A program made the translations under genes and the position numbers. This document shows positions 54,760 through 64,000 of a stretch of DNA of 64,000 bases, piece after piece (the stretch's first letter is position 1; each line of letters opens with the position of its first letter). The notes beneath the pieces were generated by a model. The model was not told where the DNA came from, ran no database searches, and saw only the letters and a program-made list of their open reading frames with translations. Location of the stretch: positions 35,753-99,752 of the forward strand of contig JAQUKX010000004.1 of NCBI GenBank assembly GCA_028718865.1, written 5' to 3'. The DNA comes from Patescibacteria group bacterium (GTDB lineage Bacteria > Patescibacteriota > Patescibacteriia > UBA1558 > GWA2-36-10).

Positions 54760-55446
54760 ATGAAAAAAAATCTGCTTATCTTTGCTCTAGCTCTTTTGTC
54801 CTTGGCCTTAGGCATAGTCCTCTTGCTAAACCAAGGATCAGAAAAGAGTATCAGCTCCCAGGAAGCAAAAAACCTAACGGAAAAATTCATCAATGAAAAT
54901 CTTCTGCCCCCCGGCATGGAAATAGCTGTAGAGAGCATATCTCTAGAAAAAGGCCTCTACAAAATGTCTCTTAAGCTGGCTGACGGCAATCAGGTGGATT
55001 CTTATCTGACCAAAGACGGCACTGTCTTTTTCCCTGAAGGCATAGACATAGCTCAATTTGAGCAAATGCTGGCCGAACAAGATTTATTAACTAATAATTC
55101 AGCCGACAATCAAATGCCAAAAGAATTTTTACAAATAGAAGTACTACAAGAAGGTAGCGGAGAGCAAATGACCGAATTCGGTAATTCCATTACTGTCCAC
55201 TATACTGGTACGCTCACTGATGGCAGTAAATTTGACTCTAGTCTTGACAGGGGCGAACCATTCACCTTTACTCTAGGCAGCGGTCAGGTCATTGCCGGCT
55301 GGGATCAGGGTCTTACTAGTATGAAAGTGGGTGAAAAAAGAAAACTGACCATTCCCTACGATCTAGCTTACGGCGAAAGGGGCCAGGGATCTATCCCTCC
55401 TTATGCTACTTTGATTTTTGAAGTAGAGCTTATATCTATAAACTAA
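54760..55446 (+). CDS. FKBP-type peptidyl-prolyl cis-trans isomerase, membrane-anchored
   Basis: Start at [15 protein letters not shown] (54760); C-terminal FKBP domain ...[60 protein letters not shown]... Confidence 0.85.
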   Translation: MKKNLLIFALALLSLALGIVLLLNQGSEKSISSQEAKNLTEKFINENLLPPGMEIAVESISLEKGLYKMSLKLADGNQVDSYLTKDGTVFFPEGIDIAQFEQMLAEQDLLTNNSADNQMPKEFLQIEVLQEGSGEQMTEFGNSITVHYTGTLTDGSKFDSSLDRGEPFTFTLGSGQVIAGWDQGLTSMKVGEKRKLTIPYDLAYGERGQGSIPPYATLIFEVELISIN

Positions 55447-55466
55447 ATAAAACCTTTATTATAAAA

Positions 55467-55497
55467 ACACTCTCCGCTTATCGGAGAGTGTTTTTAA
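55467..55497. terminator. bidirectional intrinsic terminator
   Basis: aaaaACACTCTCCGcttatCGGAGAGTGTtttt between convergent FKBP gene and 55506..55739. Confidence 0.7.
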
Positions 55498-55505
55498 GAT
55501 AAGAA

Positions 55506-55739
55506 TTATTGTTTGGCAACACCACTATCAGGACTGCTTGTCTGGCTTTGGCTTTTGTTTTTTCTCTTAGGATCAAAAAACAACAGATAAATAATCGGGG
55601 CAACGCCAGCTGTATTGAGGATAAAAAGCACTACATACCATTTAAGCTGCTTATTACCAGCCGCTTTCCATAAAGCAATTGCTTTCCAAACGCCATCCCA
55701 AATTATAATTGGCCACCATTGCAAAATAGCTTCTTCCAT
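55506..55739 (-). CDS. hypothetical small membrane protein
   Basis: 77 aa, two Trp-rich hydrophobic helices, S/Q-rich tail. Confidence 0.45.
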   Translation of the reverse strand: MEEAILQWWPIIIWDGVWKAIALWKAAGNKQLKWYVVLFILNTAGVAPIIYLLFFDPKRKNKSQSQTSSPDSGVAKQ

Positions 55740-55894
55740 TTTGATAATTTTTAATAATTATGCCTATATTATACTATTTACCGCCTTTGCTTGTCCATAT
55801 CAAAAAATAAATGCCCTTATCCGCAGCTCCGCTTGACAATAATGTTAGAATTATATAACATAATAAATAGTTAATTATTTCTAACATTAAAAGT

Positions 55895-56284
55895 ATGAAC
55901 AAAAAAACATTTCTATTTATCAGACTGCTCATCGCCATGCTTTTGGGAGCATTGGTCAGCATCTCCATAACTATCGGTAATTATATTCTGCCAATAATCG
56001 CCGTCCTGAGCATCGTCATCCTCTTTCACACCCTAAAGAAAAAAGTAAAAGGAGTAATTGCCGATGAAAGAGATTATCAAATAGGCGGCAAAGCCGCCCG
56101 AAATGCCATCAGTATATACTGCCTAGCTATGGCTATTTTGGCAACGACAATGATGGCTATGAGTAAAACTCATCCGGATTTTTTTCTGCCCGGACAAATT
56201 ATCGCCTATTCAACTTGTGGCCTACTAATACTCTACTCTATCCTGTTCAAAATATACGGTAAATACGGAGATTATGAAAAATAA
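55895..56284 (+). CDS. membrane protein, DUF2178-like, partner of XRE regulator
   Basis: 129 aa, 4 helices; overlaps the downstream HTH gene by 11 nt, the arrangement known for DUF2178/YozG-type pairs (family name from memory). Confidence 0.45.
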   Translation: MNKKTFLFIRLLIAMLLGALVSISITIGNYILPIIAVLSIVILFHTLKKKVKGVIADERDYQIGGKAARNAISIYCLAMAILATTMMAMSKTHPDFFLPGQIIAYSTCGLLILYSILFKIYGKYGDYEK

Positions 56285-56465
56285 TATTAAAAAACTAAGA
56301 ATTCAATCTGGCTTAACTCAAGAGGAGCTAGCCGACAAAGTAGGGGTCCGCAGAGAAACAATAGTTTTTTTGGAGCAAGGCCGCTACAACCCCTCTTTGC
56401 TTTTGGCTCACAAAGCAGCCAAAGCGCTCAAAACAAGTGTTGATAAGCTTTTTTATTTAAAATAA
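56274..56465 (+). CDS. XRE-family helix-turn-helix transcriptional regulator (YozG-like)
   Basis: 63 aa; [45 protein letters not shown] canonical HTH_3. Confidence 0.85.
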   Translation: MKNNIKKLRIQSGLTQEELADKVGVRRETIVFLEQGRYNPSLLLAHKAAKALKTSVDKLFYLK

Positions 56466-56560
56466 ATCAAGCACAGCCCTGTCCTAAAAAAAGTTATTCG
56501 TATTTGCAAAAATTATAGAAGTGCTATAATAATGCTGTTAGCTAATAATTAAAAAACAAA

Positions 56561-57886
56561 ATGAACAACGATCACCCTTCGGGGACGCAACTGGAGCCGA
56601 AAAACTTCCTTTTCGTTTCCTTCGATGCGCTCATCAGCGATGTGGCCTGGCGCGTACTAAAAGAAGGCCACAATGTCAAGTACTTTATCAAACACAAATC
56701 CGTCCAAGATGTTGCCGATGGCTTTGTGCCCAAAACCAATAATTGGGAAAAAGAGCTCAAATGGGCGGATATTGTCGTCTTTGATGATGTCCTGGGCATG
56801 GGTGAAATGGCCGACAAAGTCAGAAAAAAAGGCATCCCAGTAATTGGCGGCACTGCCTACACCGACCGCTTGGAAGACGACCGATCTTTTGGCCAAGAAG
56901 AGCTCAAAAAAGCTGGTATCCCCATAATCCCCTATGAAACCTTCACTGATTTTGACGCGGCCATAGAATACGTCAAAAAAAATGAAAACCGCTATGTGAT
57001 CAAGCCTAGCGGTGAAGCTCAAAATACCAAGCATTTCCTTTTTGTCGGCCAGGAAGAAGACGGCAAAGATGTTGTCCAGATGCTTGAAGCCTACAAAAAA
57101 GTCTGGAGCCAAAAAATAAAAGAATTCCAGCTGCAAAGAAGAGTTTCGGGCGTGGAGGTGGCGGTAGGAGCTTTTTTCAACGGCTACGAATTCGTCTATC
57201 CCCTAAACATCAATTTCGAGCATAAAAAAATGTTTCCGGGCAATATTGGTCCTTCTACCGGTGAAATGGGCACTTCCATGTTCTGGTCCGATCCCAACAA
57301 AATCTTCAACCAGACTCTCAAGAAAATGGAAAATATTCTACGACGAGAAAAATATACTGGCTACATAGACCTCAATTGCATAGTAAATGGCAATGGTATT
57401 TATCCGCTGGAATTCACTGCTCGCTTTGGCTACCCGACCATCCAAATCCAAATGGAAGGCATCCTGATGCCTATTTCCGATTTTCTTTATGAAATAGCTG
57501 TCGGCAAGCTCAAAACCTTCAAAGCCAAAAGCGGCTTTCAGGTAGGCGTCAGGCTAGTAGTGCCCCCTTACCCTTATGGCGCCAAAATAAAAAGCCAGCT
57601 GGCCGAATACAAAGATGCGATTATTATCTTCAAAAAACCCAGTCTAGACGGCGTCCATATTGTAGAAACTAAGCTGTTGAACGACCAATGGGTAGTGACC
57701 GGCGACCATGGCGTTGCTCTGATAGTAGTCGGTACGGGCTCCACTATGAAACAAGCCCAACAGCAAGTTTACAATCGCATCCAAAATATCCTTATACCTA
57801 ATATGTTTTATCGCGATGATATAGGCGAGCGCTGGTACGAAGACAGCGATAAATTGCATAATTGGGGCTACTTAAGAGAAGTATAA
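56561..57886 (+). CDS. ATP-grasp enzyme, phosphoribosylamine--glycine ligase (PurD)-like
   Basis: 441 aa; YVIKPSGEAQNTKHF, GPSTGEMGTSMFWSDP, YTGYIDLNCIVNGNGIYPLEFTARFGYPTIQ, DDIGERWYED match PurD blocks (IVIKADGLAAGKGV, GPNTGGMGAYSP, YTGFLYAGLMI...IEFNCRFGDPETQ, KDIGWRAIE). Confidence 0.65.
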   Translation: MNNDHPSGTQLEPKNFLFVSFDALISDVAWRVLKEGHNVKYFIKHKSVQDVADGFVPKTNNWEKELKWADIVVFDDVLGMGEMADKVRKKGIPVIGGTAYTDRLEDDRSFGQEELKKAGIPIIPYETFTDFDAAIEYVKKNENRYVIKPSGEAQNTKHFLFVGQEEDGKDVVQMLEAYKKVWSQKIKEFQLQRRVSGVEVAVGAFFNGYEFVYPLNINFEHKKMFPGNIGPSTGEMGTSMFWSDPNKIFNQTLKKMENILRREKYTGYIDLNCIVNGNGIYPLEFTARFGYPTIQIQMEGILMPISDFLYEIAVGKLKTFKAKSGFQVGVRLVVPPYPYGAKIKSQLAEYKDAIIIFKKPSLDGVHIVETKLLNDQWVVTGDHGVALIVVGTGSTMKQAQQQVYNRIQNILIPNMFYRDDIGERWYEDSDKLHNWGYLREV

Positions 57887-57909
57887 AATACCCAAAAAAT
57901 CATAAAAAT

Positions 57910-57934
57910 ACCCCGCAAAGCGGGGTATTTTTAT
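57910..57934. terminator. bidirectional intrinsic terminator between purD-like and dnaJ
   Basis: aaaaatACCCCGCaaaGCGGGGTattttt. Confidence 0.65.
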
Positions 57935-57940
57935 CTAATT

Positions 57941-59071
57941 TTAAAACCAAGCCTTTTTATCAGACTCTTGGGCAAAATCTTCCAAGAGTTTTTTCTGTTT
58001 TTTGGTCAATTTGGTCGGCACAGCCACCTGCACTGTTACTACCTGATCACCGCGACCGCGGGCTTTGAGGCGACCCAGTCCTTGGCCGCGAAGAATAAAT
58101 TTCTTGCCGCTAGGCGTACCGGCCGGAATTTTGAGTTTGACCTCGCCGTCAATGGTTTTGACTTTTATCTGCCCTCCCAAGGCTGCCAAAGTAAAAGGAA
58201 TTTCATATTCACTAAGAAAATCATCCCCTTCTCGGACAAAGCCCTCTTCTTCCATTACATTGACCCGGATATAAAGGTCACCGCTGGCTACGCCGTTTTT
58301 GCCGGCATTACCCCGGCCAGACAAGCGGATGGATTGGCCGTCTTCAATGCCAGCGGGAATTTCTACGGCAATATTCTCTTCTTTATGCTCTACTCCCTGC
58401 CCTTGACACTCTGGGCATTTTTCTTTGATTACTTTTCCCTGCCCGCGACATTCTGGACAAGGAGTCTGAGTACGAAAATTTCCAAAAACCGTGCTGTTGA
58501 TCACGCCACTACCGGCACAAGTCGGGCAAGTAGTAAAAGCTGAACCATCTTTAGCACCGCTACCAGAACAAGCTTGACAGTTGTCGTCTCTTTCAATAGT
58601 AATATCACGTCTGCTACCAAAAGCTGCTTCTTTTAGGCTGATTTCTATTTCTACTTCTAGACTAGCCCCTTTACGGCTACGGCCACCTCTTCCTGAACGA
58701 CTACCGCCAAAAAAACTGTCAAAAATATCACCCAAATCAAAATCAAAATCTACATTACTGGCATTGCCACTAAAATTCCCAAAGCCGGAAAAATCCCAAC
58801 CGCCTTGAGCACCGCGGCCGGCAAAACCCTGGCCAAAAGGATTGGTGCCAGAAGCGGCATCGCCGGCAAAACCAAAACGATCATACTGCTGGCGGCGATC
58901 CTTGTTGCCTAGCACCTGATAAGCTTCGTTTATTTCCTTGAATTTTTCGGCATTACCAGAACCGTTTTTATCCGGATGATACTGATGGGCTAGTTTACGA
59001 AAAGCTTTTTTAACATCAGCTTCTGTAGCGCTCTTGTCCACTCCCAGTATTTTATAATAATCTTTGGCCAT
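57941..59071 (-). CDS. dnaJ: molecular chaperone DnaJ
   Basis: 376 aa; J-domain (YHPDKN), G/F region, four C-x2-C-x-G-x-G zinc repeats. Confidence 0.92.
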   Translation of the reverse strand: MAKDYYKILGVDKSATEADVKKAFRKLAHQYHPDKNGSGNAEKFKEINEAYQVLGNKDRRQQYDRFGFAGDAASGTNPFGQGFAGRGAQGGWDFSGFGNFSGNASNVDFDFDLGDIFDSFFGGSRSGRGGRSRKGASLEVEIEISLKEAAFGSRRDITIERDDNCQACSGSGAKDGSAFTTCPTCAGSGVINSTVFGNFRTQTPCPECRGQGKVIKEKCPECQGQGVEHKEENIAVEIPAGIEDGQSIRLSGRGNAGKNGVASGDLYIRVNVMEEEGFVREGDDFLSEYEIPFTLAALGGQIKVKTIDGEVKLKIPAGTPSGKKFILRGQGLGRLKARGRGDQVVTVQVAVPTKLTKKQKKLLEDFAQESDKKAWF

Positions 59072-59088
59072 TATTTGATAATACTATT

Positions 59089-59445
59089 TTATTTTTTTAA
59101 TTCGGATCTAATTACAGAAACACCAGCAAGAATGAATATTGCGTAAATAACCCAAATATACACATTGTTAATTATTGCAACTACTTGTGTTATTCCAACA
59201 AAAACAAGAGCCGAAGTTAATATTAATCCCATCTTACTTAATCTATGATTTTCAGCAGCCGCTTTTTTATTAGAGTTAATAATACCATCTGATATTTTCT
59301 GTAATGATTTTGACAAATAAAAATTTGAAATTATATTTGCCTGATTTGCTGCTGCTGTATTGGCATAATCTGGAATACTTAAAAATTTTTTTTCATTATC
59401 AGATAATTCCAACTCTTCTACAAGATCGGAAATTACTTTATCCAT
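59089..59445 (-). CDS. hypothetical C-terminally anchored protein
   Basis: 118 aa; hydrophilic N-part, C-terminal TM pair; between dnaK and dnaJ. Confidence 0.45.
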   Translation of the reverse strand: MDKVISDLVEELELSDNEKKFLSIPDYANTAAANQANIISNFYLSKSLQKISDGIINSNKKAAAENHRLSKMGLILTSALVFVGITQVVAIINNVYIWVIYAIFILAGVSVIRSELKK

Positions 59446-59499
59446 ATATTTAATTAATATTTACTAAGCAACGCCAACTTGGCGAACATTAGGCTGTTG

Positions 59500-61404
59500 T
59501 TACTTTTTAGCTTCCTCTTTTTTTACTTCTTCAAAATCCCCTTCGACCGGCTCTTTTTTGTCAGCAGACTGAGTATTTTCAGTAGAAGCCGACTGATTTT
59601 CTTGGGCTTGAGACTGATACATAGCTGCGCCAATAGCCTGTACCACTTCCTCCATTTCGGCAATGGCTTTTTTGACGGTTTCTAGATCCTTGTCTTTGAC
59701 CTCTTTCAGATTCTTCATTTTCTCCTCGATTTTTTTCTGATCGTCTTCTTTGATTTTGTCTTTATTGTCTTTGAGGAATTTTTCAGTGCTGTAGATGATA
59801 TTATCAGCGCTATTTCTCACTTCCACTTCTTCTTTTTTCTTTTTGTCCTCTTCCGCGTGCACTTCCGCGTCCTTGGTCATCTTTTGCACTTCTTCATCTG
59901 ACAAACCAGAAGAAGACTTGATAGTGATGGACTGCTGTTTGCTGGTGGCTTTGTCCAAGGCTTTGACATTCAAGATGCCATTGGCGTCAATATCAAAAGT
60001 GACTTCAATTTGCGGCACGCCGCGCGGAGCTGGCGGAATACCGTCTAGGATAAAGCGTCCCAATGACTTGTTGTCAGCGGCCATTGGTCTTTCACCCTGC
60101 AAAACATTGATTTCTACTGATGGCTGATTATCGGAAAAAGTGGAAAAAATCTGACTCTTGGAAGTCGGGATAGTAGTATTTCTCGCTATCATGGCTGTAG
60201 CTACGCTGCCGGCAGTTTCAATAGCAAGTGTCAAAGGCGTAACATCCAAAAGCAAAACATCCTTGACATCGCCCTGCAACACTCCGGCCTGCACTGCCGC
60301 TCCCATAGCCACTACTTCATCTGGATTGACCGAGATATTGGGCTTTTTGCCGAAAAACTCCTCTACTTTTTTCTGCACCAAAGGCATTCTGGTCATACCG
60401 CCGACCAAAACCACTTCTTCAATATCTTTGGCTTCCAAATTGGCGTCTTTGAGAGCTTGACGGCAGGGCTCTAGAGTTTTTTCCACCAAATCACCGACCA
60501 GTTCTTCCAGCTTGGCTCTGGTCATTTTCATTACCAAGTGCTTGGGACCGGAAGCGTCAGTAGTGATAAAAGGCTGATTGATTTCTGTTTCCATAGAAGA
60601 AGATAACTCCATTTTGGCTTTCTCAGCCGACTCTTTGAGGCGTTGCAAGGCCAAAGGGTCTTTGGACAGATCTATGCCTTCCTGTTTTTTGTATTCATCT
60701 GCTATCCAATTGATTATTTTCTGGTCAAAATCATCACCGCCCAGATGAGTATCGCCGTTGGTGGATTTTACTTCCACAGTATCGGCGGAAACATCCAAAA
60801 TAGAAATATCAAAAGTACCGCCGCCCAGGTCATAGACAGCGATTTGCTGATCTTTTTTCTTATCAAAGCCATAAGCCAGAGCTGCAGCTGTGGGCTCATT
60901 GATAATGCGCTTGACTTCCAAGCCGGCGATTTGACCGGCATCCTTGGTGGCTTGGCGCTGGCTGTCGTCGAAATAAGCCGGTACAGTAATAACTGCTTCT
61001 TTGACTTCTTCGCCTAGTCTTTCTTCAGTATCAGCTTTTATTTTTTGCAAAATCATAGCTGATATTTCTTGAGGAGTATAATCTTTGTCGCCCATCTTGA
61101 CTTTGACGCCGTCGCCGGATTGCACTATTTCATAAGGCACACTGGCCGTGTCTTTTTTTATTTCTGCATCACTGAAACGGCGGCCAATAAGTCGCTTGAC
61201 CGAAAAAATAGTATTTTTGGGATTGGTGACAGCTTGGCGCTTGGCCGGCAAGCCGACTAGACGCTCATTGTTTTTGGAAACAGCCACAATAGAAGGAGTG
61301 GTGCGATTACCTTCTTTATTTTCCAAAATCTTCGGCTTGCCGCCTTCTATGACTGCTACCGCCGAATTGGTCGTTCCCAGGTCTATTCCGATTATTTTTG
61401 GCAT
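59500..61404 (-). CDS. dnaK: molecular chaperone DnaK (Hsp70)
   Basis: 634 aa; [22 protein letters not shown], and other Hsp70 signatures. Confidence 0.95.
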   Translation of the reverse strand: MPKIIGIDLGTTNSAVAVIEGGKPKILENKEGNRTTPSIVAVSKNNERLVGLPAKRQAVTNPKNTIFSVKRLIGRRFSDAEIKKDTASVPYEIVQSGDGVKVKMGDKDYTPQEISAMILQKIKADTEERLGEEVKEAVITVPAYFDDSQRQATKDAGQIAGLEVKRIINEPTAAALAYGFDKKKDQQIAVYDLGGGTFDISILDVSADTVEVKSTNGDTHLGGDDFDQKIINWIADEYKKQEGIDLSKDPLALQRLKESAEKAKMELSSSMETEINQPFITTDASGPKHLVMKMTRAKLEELVGDLVEKTLEPCRQALKDANLEAKDIEEVVLVGGMTRMPLVQKKVEEFFGKKPNISVNPDEVVAMGAAVQAGVLQGDVKDVLLLDVTPLTLAIETAGSVATAMIARNTTIPTSKSQIFSTFSDNQPSVEINVLQGERPMAADNKSLGRFILDGIPPAPRGVPQIEVTFDIDANGILNVKALDKATSKQQSITIKSSSGLSDEEVQKMTKDAEVHAEEDKKKKEEVEVRNSADNIIYSTEKFLKDNKDKIKEDDQKKIEEKMKNLKEVKDKDLETVKKAIAEMEEVVQAIGAAMYQSQAQENQSASTENTQSADKKEPVEGDFEEVKKEEAKK

Positions 61405-61410
61405 AATTGT

Positions 61411-61746
61411 TTATATTAATTTCTTTAAACTGCTGATTAATTCTTTTTTGCTGATAAGCTGATAGAGAGACAGGACATCATCCGCCCTCAAATCATCGCC
61501 GGCGGCAAATTCCAGCACTTCCTGGGGCTGTAAGTCGGTCAAAATAGCATTGCCGATAAGCCCTTGAGGCAAGGCAGCGAACTTGGTCAGCAGATTTGCC
61601 CCGCAAGATTGGCAACTAGCATAAGTGAGCGCCCCCAGCTCAGACTCATCCAAAATCTGAATCTCGTTTTGCCGATACTCAATGTTGCAAATCGGGCATT
61701 GCCTGATAAGCCGCAGATTTTGGGAAGAGTTAAAATTATTTAACAT
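61411..61746 (-). CDS. hypothetical zinc-ribbon protein
   Basis: 111 aa; CPICN...20 aa...CQSCG; embedded between hsp20 and dnaK. Confidence 0.45.
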   Translation of the reverse strand: MLNNFNSSQNLRLIRQCPICNIEYRQNEIQILDESELGALTYASCQSCGANLLTKFAALPQGLIGNAILTDLQPQEVLEFAAGDDLRADDVLSLYQLISKKELISSLKKLI

Positions 61747-61755
61747 TATTTTAAT

Positions 61756-62154
61756 TTATTTTTTATTGATATCAATTTTAATGCTCTTGGTTTTGGCTTT
61801 TTCTTCTTTGGGCATAACGATTTTTAGCAAACCGTTTTCAAAAGTAGCCTTGGCCTTGTCAGCTGTCACGGAAGCCGGCAATACCAGCGAGCGGTGGAAA
61901 GAACCGCTTCTGACTTCTTTGCGATAATAATTCTTTTCTTCTATTTCACTAGAGCTTTCTCTTTGGCCTTCGATAGTTAAGACATCTTCGTGGATTTTGA
62001 TATCCACATTTTCCGGCTTAATACCGGCCAGAGTCGCCTCCACCACTACATTATCATTTTCCTCATAGATATCTATGGCGGGCACAAAATTGGAAAAATT
62101 CTTTTCCAAAGCGTCAAAAGTGTCTAAAAATGGTGTCCATGGTATAAGTGACAT
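61756..62154 (-). CDS. Hsp20/alpha-crystallin family small heat shock protein
   Basis: Start at MSLIPWTPF (62154) with SD AAAGGAGAaatattATG; ...PAIDIYEENDNVVVEATLAGIKPENVDIKIHEDVLTIEG...FHRSLVLP...AKATFENGLLKIVMPK ACD domain. Confidence 0.85.
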   Translation of the reverse strand: MSLIPWTPFLDTFDALEKNFSNFVPAIDIYEENDNVVVEATLAGIKPENVDIKIHEDVLTIEGQRESSSEIEEKNYYRKEVRSGSFHRSLVLPASVTADKAKATFENGLLKIVMPKEEKAKTKSIKIDINKK

Positions 62155-62242
62155 AATATTTCTCCTTTCTATTATCTTTGGCCGGGGCTTCTCTTTAGGA
62201 AGAACAGCCAAAAGATTTTTTATATTTTTATTATTAATTTAA

Positions 62243-62737
62243 TTAATTATCTTTTTGATTATTAATGATGACTTTGGCCGGTCGTATCAGCCTGTCTTTG
62301 AGCCGGTAACCAGTCTGTTTTTCCTCTACTATTTCCTGATCAGCCTTGCTTTCATCACTTACTTGGCCGACCGACTCATGCCGCTGGGGATCAAATTGCT
62401 CACCAATGGCTTTTATTTTTACTATTTCCTGATCAGCCAAAAATGACTCCCACATTTTCAAGATATGCTCCAAGCCCATAGCCCACTGCTCTTTTCTCTG
62501 TTCTTGAGGAATATGCTCCATTGCCAGCCGATAATTGTCAAAAATTGGCAAAAGCTGAAGAATATAGGAGCTACTGATAAAATCGCTCAAGTCGGCAATT
62601 TTTTTGTCGGTTTCTCTTTGCAGATTCTGATAGTCAGCCAGAGCTTTTTGCCAGCCCAAGAGATTCTGGGCAGCTTTGGTCTCTAGTTCATCTAATTTTT
62701 TATCTTTCTTGTTTTTGTCTTTTTCTCTACTGGACAT
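62243..62737 (-). CDS. grpE: nucleotide exchange factor GrpE
   Basis: 164 aa; coiled N-part then ...KKIADLSDF..., C-terminal GrpE beta domain ...TGYRLKDRLIRPAKV. Confidence 0.85.
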   Translation of the reverse strand: MSSREKDKNKKDKKLDELETKAAQNLLGWQKALADYQNLQRETDKKIADLSDFISSSYILQLLPIFDNYRLAMEHIPQEQRKEQWAMGLEHILKMWESFLADQEIVKIKAIGEQFDPQRHESVGQVSDESKADQEIVEEKQTGYRLKDRLIRPAKVIINNQKDN

Positions 62738-62762
62738 TTTTTCTACTATTGCTTATTAATGA

Positions 62763-63422
62763 TTATTTGGCGATATTGATAGTTTCTTCCAAAATTCCCA
62801 AGACCCGATTATAATCCATGCGCAAGGGTCCCAGTATTGCCAGTAATCTATCTTGAGAAAGCGGAGCAATAGCTACTGAACAATCCGGGCTAAAAGGATT
62901 ATCCTGGCCCAACAAAACTTCTGGCTTGCTTATTTTAAGGTAAATATCAGCCATAGCTATTTCTAGAGTATCCACTACCTGGCTCATAGACAAAACCATT
63001 TTATAATCTTCAAATTCTGGCTGGGAAAAAAGATTGAACAAACCGGTAAAGTAAAAGCTGCTGGGGCCAAAACCGACCAGAGTTGCCAAATTGGTTTTTT
63101 CCACTATCAGCTTGGCCAAATCGCGCAGGTCTTTTTGATAAGCTAGCGCCAGTTCTTTTTTTTCTTGAGCTGGCGGTCGTTTGACTGACAAAAGCCCGTC
63201 CAAATAGTAGCGATAGCCGGCAGCTGTTGGCAGTCGGCCAGCCGAAGTATGCGGCTGGGTAATATAACCGGCTTGCTCCAGCTCGTTCATTTCATTTCTA
63301 ATGGTAGCTGGTGAAAGATCAAACTGTCCGCTCTCAGACAATATCTTTGAGCCGACCGGCCCGGCGGTTTTGATGTGGATTTCTACAATTGCCTTCAATA
63401 ATTCTTCGCTCCTTTTTTCCAT
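62763..63422 (-). CDS. hrcA: heat-inducible transcription repressor HrcA (short form)
   Basis: 219 aa; N-terminal winged helix LLKAIVEIHIKTAGPVGSKIL, sits directly downstream of a perfect CIRCE element. Confidence 0.8.
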   Translation of the reverse strand: MEKRSEELLKAIVEIHIKTAGPVGSKILSESGQFDLSPATIRNEMNELEQAGYITQPHTSAGRLPTAAGYRYYLDGLLSVKRPPAQEKKELALAYQKDLRDLAKLIVEKTNLATLVGFGPSSFYFTGLFNLFSQPEFEDYKMVLSMSQVVDTLEIAMADIYLKISKPEVLLGQDNPFSPDCSVAIAPLSQDRLLAILGPLRMDYNRVLGILEETINIAK

Positions 63423-63441
63423 AGATACATTATAAACTAAA

Positions 63442-63468
63442 TTAGCACTCTAAGTCAAGGAGTGCTAA
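63442..63468. promoter_or_regulatory. CIRCE operator (HrcA binding site)
   Basis: TTAGCACTC-taagtcaag-GAGTGCTAA: perfect match to the TTAGCACTC-N9-GAGTGCTAA consensus, 20 nt upstream of hrcA. Confidence 0.9.
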
Positions 63469-63513
63469 TAACTATCTTTATTTATTTATTTTTTAGCCAA
63501 TTTTAGCAAAAAA

Positions 63514-64000
63514 TTATTCTTTACGCAAAGCGCTTATCGGATCCAAATCAGCGGCTTTTTTGGCCGGATAAATGCCGAAGATCAAACCAACGGCAATAGA
63601 AAAAGATAAGGCCACCATAATGCCGACCAAAGAAAAGGACAGGCTCCAATCAAAACCATAATTTTGAGCTACAAAATAAAGACCATAAATCATAATCAGA
63701 CCCAAAGACAAACCCAAAAAGCCGCCTAGTATTGTGATGATTATGGCTTCAAACAAAAATTGTTGCAAAATGGCTTTTTTGCTGGCGCCAATGGATTTTC
63801 TCAGACCGATTTCAAAAGTTCTCTCAGCCACGCTAGCATACATTATATTCATAATCCCCACTCCGCCAACTATCAGAGAAACTCCGGCCAAAGCCAAAAG
63901 CAAAATAGTCACGCCGCCGATAACCGTGCCCAGCATATCTTGAGCCTGATCCATAGACATCACTTCAAAATCATCTCTGTCCGGATTGGTGATGCCATGA
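63514..64000 (-). CDS. ABC transporter permease, FtsX/MacB/LolE-like (C-terminal part; gene continues beyond window end)
   Basis: ...GGVGIMNIMYASVAERTFEIGLRKSIGASKKAIL... FtsX-domain signature; frame open to position 64000. Confidence 0.7.
   Translation of the reverse strand, partial: HGITNPDRDDFEVMSMDQAQDMLGTVIGGVTILLLALAGVSLIVGGVGIMNIMYASVAERTFEIGLRKSIGASKKAILQQFLFEAIIITILGGFLGLSLGLIMIYGLYFVAQNYGFDWSLSFSLVGIMVALSFSIAVGLIFGIYPAKKAADLDPISALRKE

Noticed and set aside
1-64000. Search by eye for CRISPR arrays, integrases, transposases, rRNA genes and prophage modules
   Set aside because: None was found. No direct-repeat arrays, no tyrosine/serine recombinase or DDE motifs, and no rRNA-like stretches were seen. 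Internal antisense ORFs listed in the track inside murC, murG, ftsW and other genes were ignored as overlaps of confidently assigned genes.

Overview
Low-GC, gene-dense bacterial segment, almost all on the minus strand. Short ribosomal proteins, an RpoA with no alpha-CTD, short MetK/UvrC/UvrA and a lone PurD-like ATP-grasp suggest a reduced-genome organism of the CPR/Patescibacteria type; that assignment is inference. In order, the window holds: a truncated MurJ/Wzx-like flippase start; the tail of the ribosomal/rpoA operon (infA-rpmJ-rpsM-rpsK-rpsD-rpoA-rplQ-rplM-rpsI) behind a consensus sigma70 promoter; and a dcw-type cell-wall cluster (mraY-murD-ftsW-murG-murC-[S51 peptidase]-murB). A long envelope-glycan locus follows: RmlA, RmlD-like, SDR, RmlB, HIT, GT-C, two GT4, GT2 with a DUF2304-like partner, GtrB-like GT2, NUDIX, two NAD-dependent epimerase/decarboxylase genes and another GT2. 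After it come a secreted subtilase fused to FG-GAP repeats, a clan GH-A glycoside hydrolase and an EamA-like transporter. An OLD-family ATPase/Toprim nuclease is translationally coupled to a GT28-like glycosyltransferase. Further along are HU, metK behind a SAM-I riboswitch, a Ca-repeat L,D-transpeptidase and the contiguous uvrC-uvrA-uvrB. A redox trio follows (ferric-reductase/FNR membrane protein, cupredoxin, membrane-anchored GSDH-type beta-propeller dehydrogenase). The end of the window has tRNA-Thr, a frameshifted rpmG, tRNA-Trp, FKBP, a DUF2178-like/XRE pair, and a CIRCE-controlled heat-shock operon (hrcA-grpE-hsp20-Zn ribbon-dnaK-hyp-dnaJ). The most unusual signal is four short, conspicuously GC-rich islets (about 36.25-37.66 kb, 40.44-41.5 kb, 47.33-47.72 kb and 51.94-52.2 kb). 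Each holds small ORFs, often Cys-rich, with near-consensus AGGAGG Shine-Dalgarno sites, TTGACA/TATAAT-like promoters and strong hairpin-plus-T-tract terminators, set in an otherwise AT-rich genome. These look like horizontally acquired small-gene cassettes of unknown function. No CRISPR array, integrase or transposase was seen.
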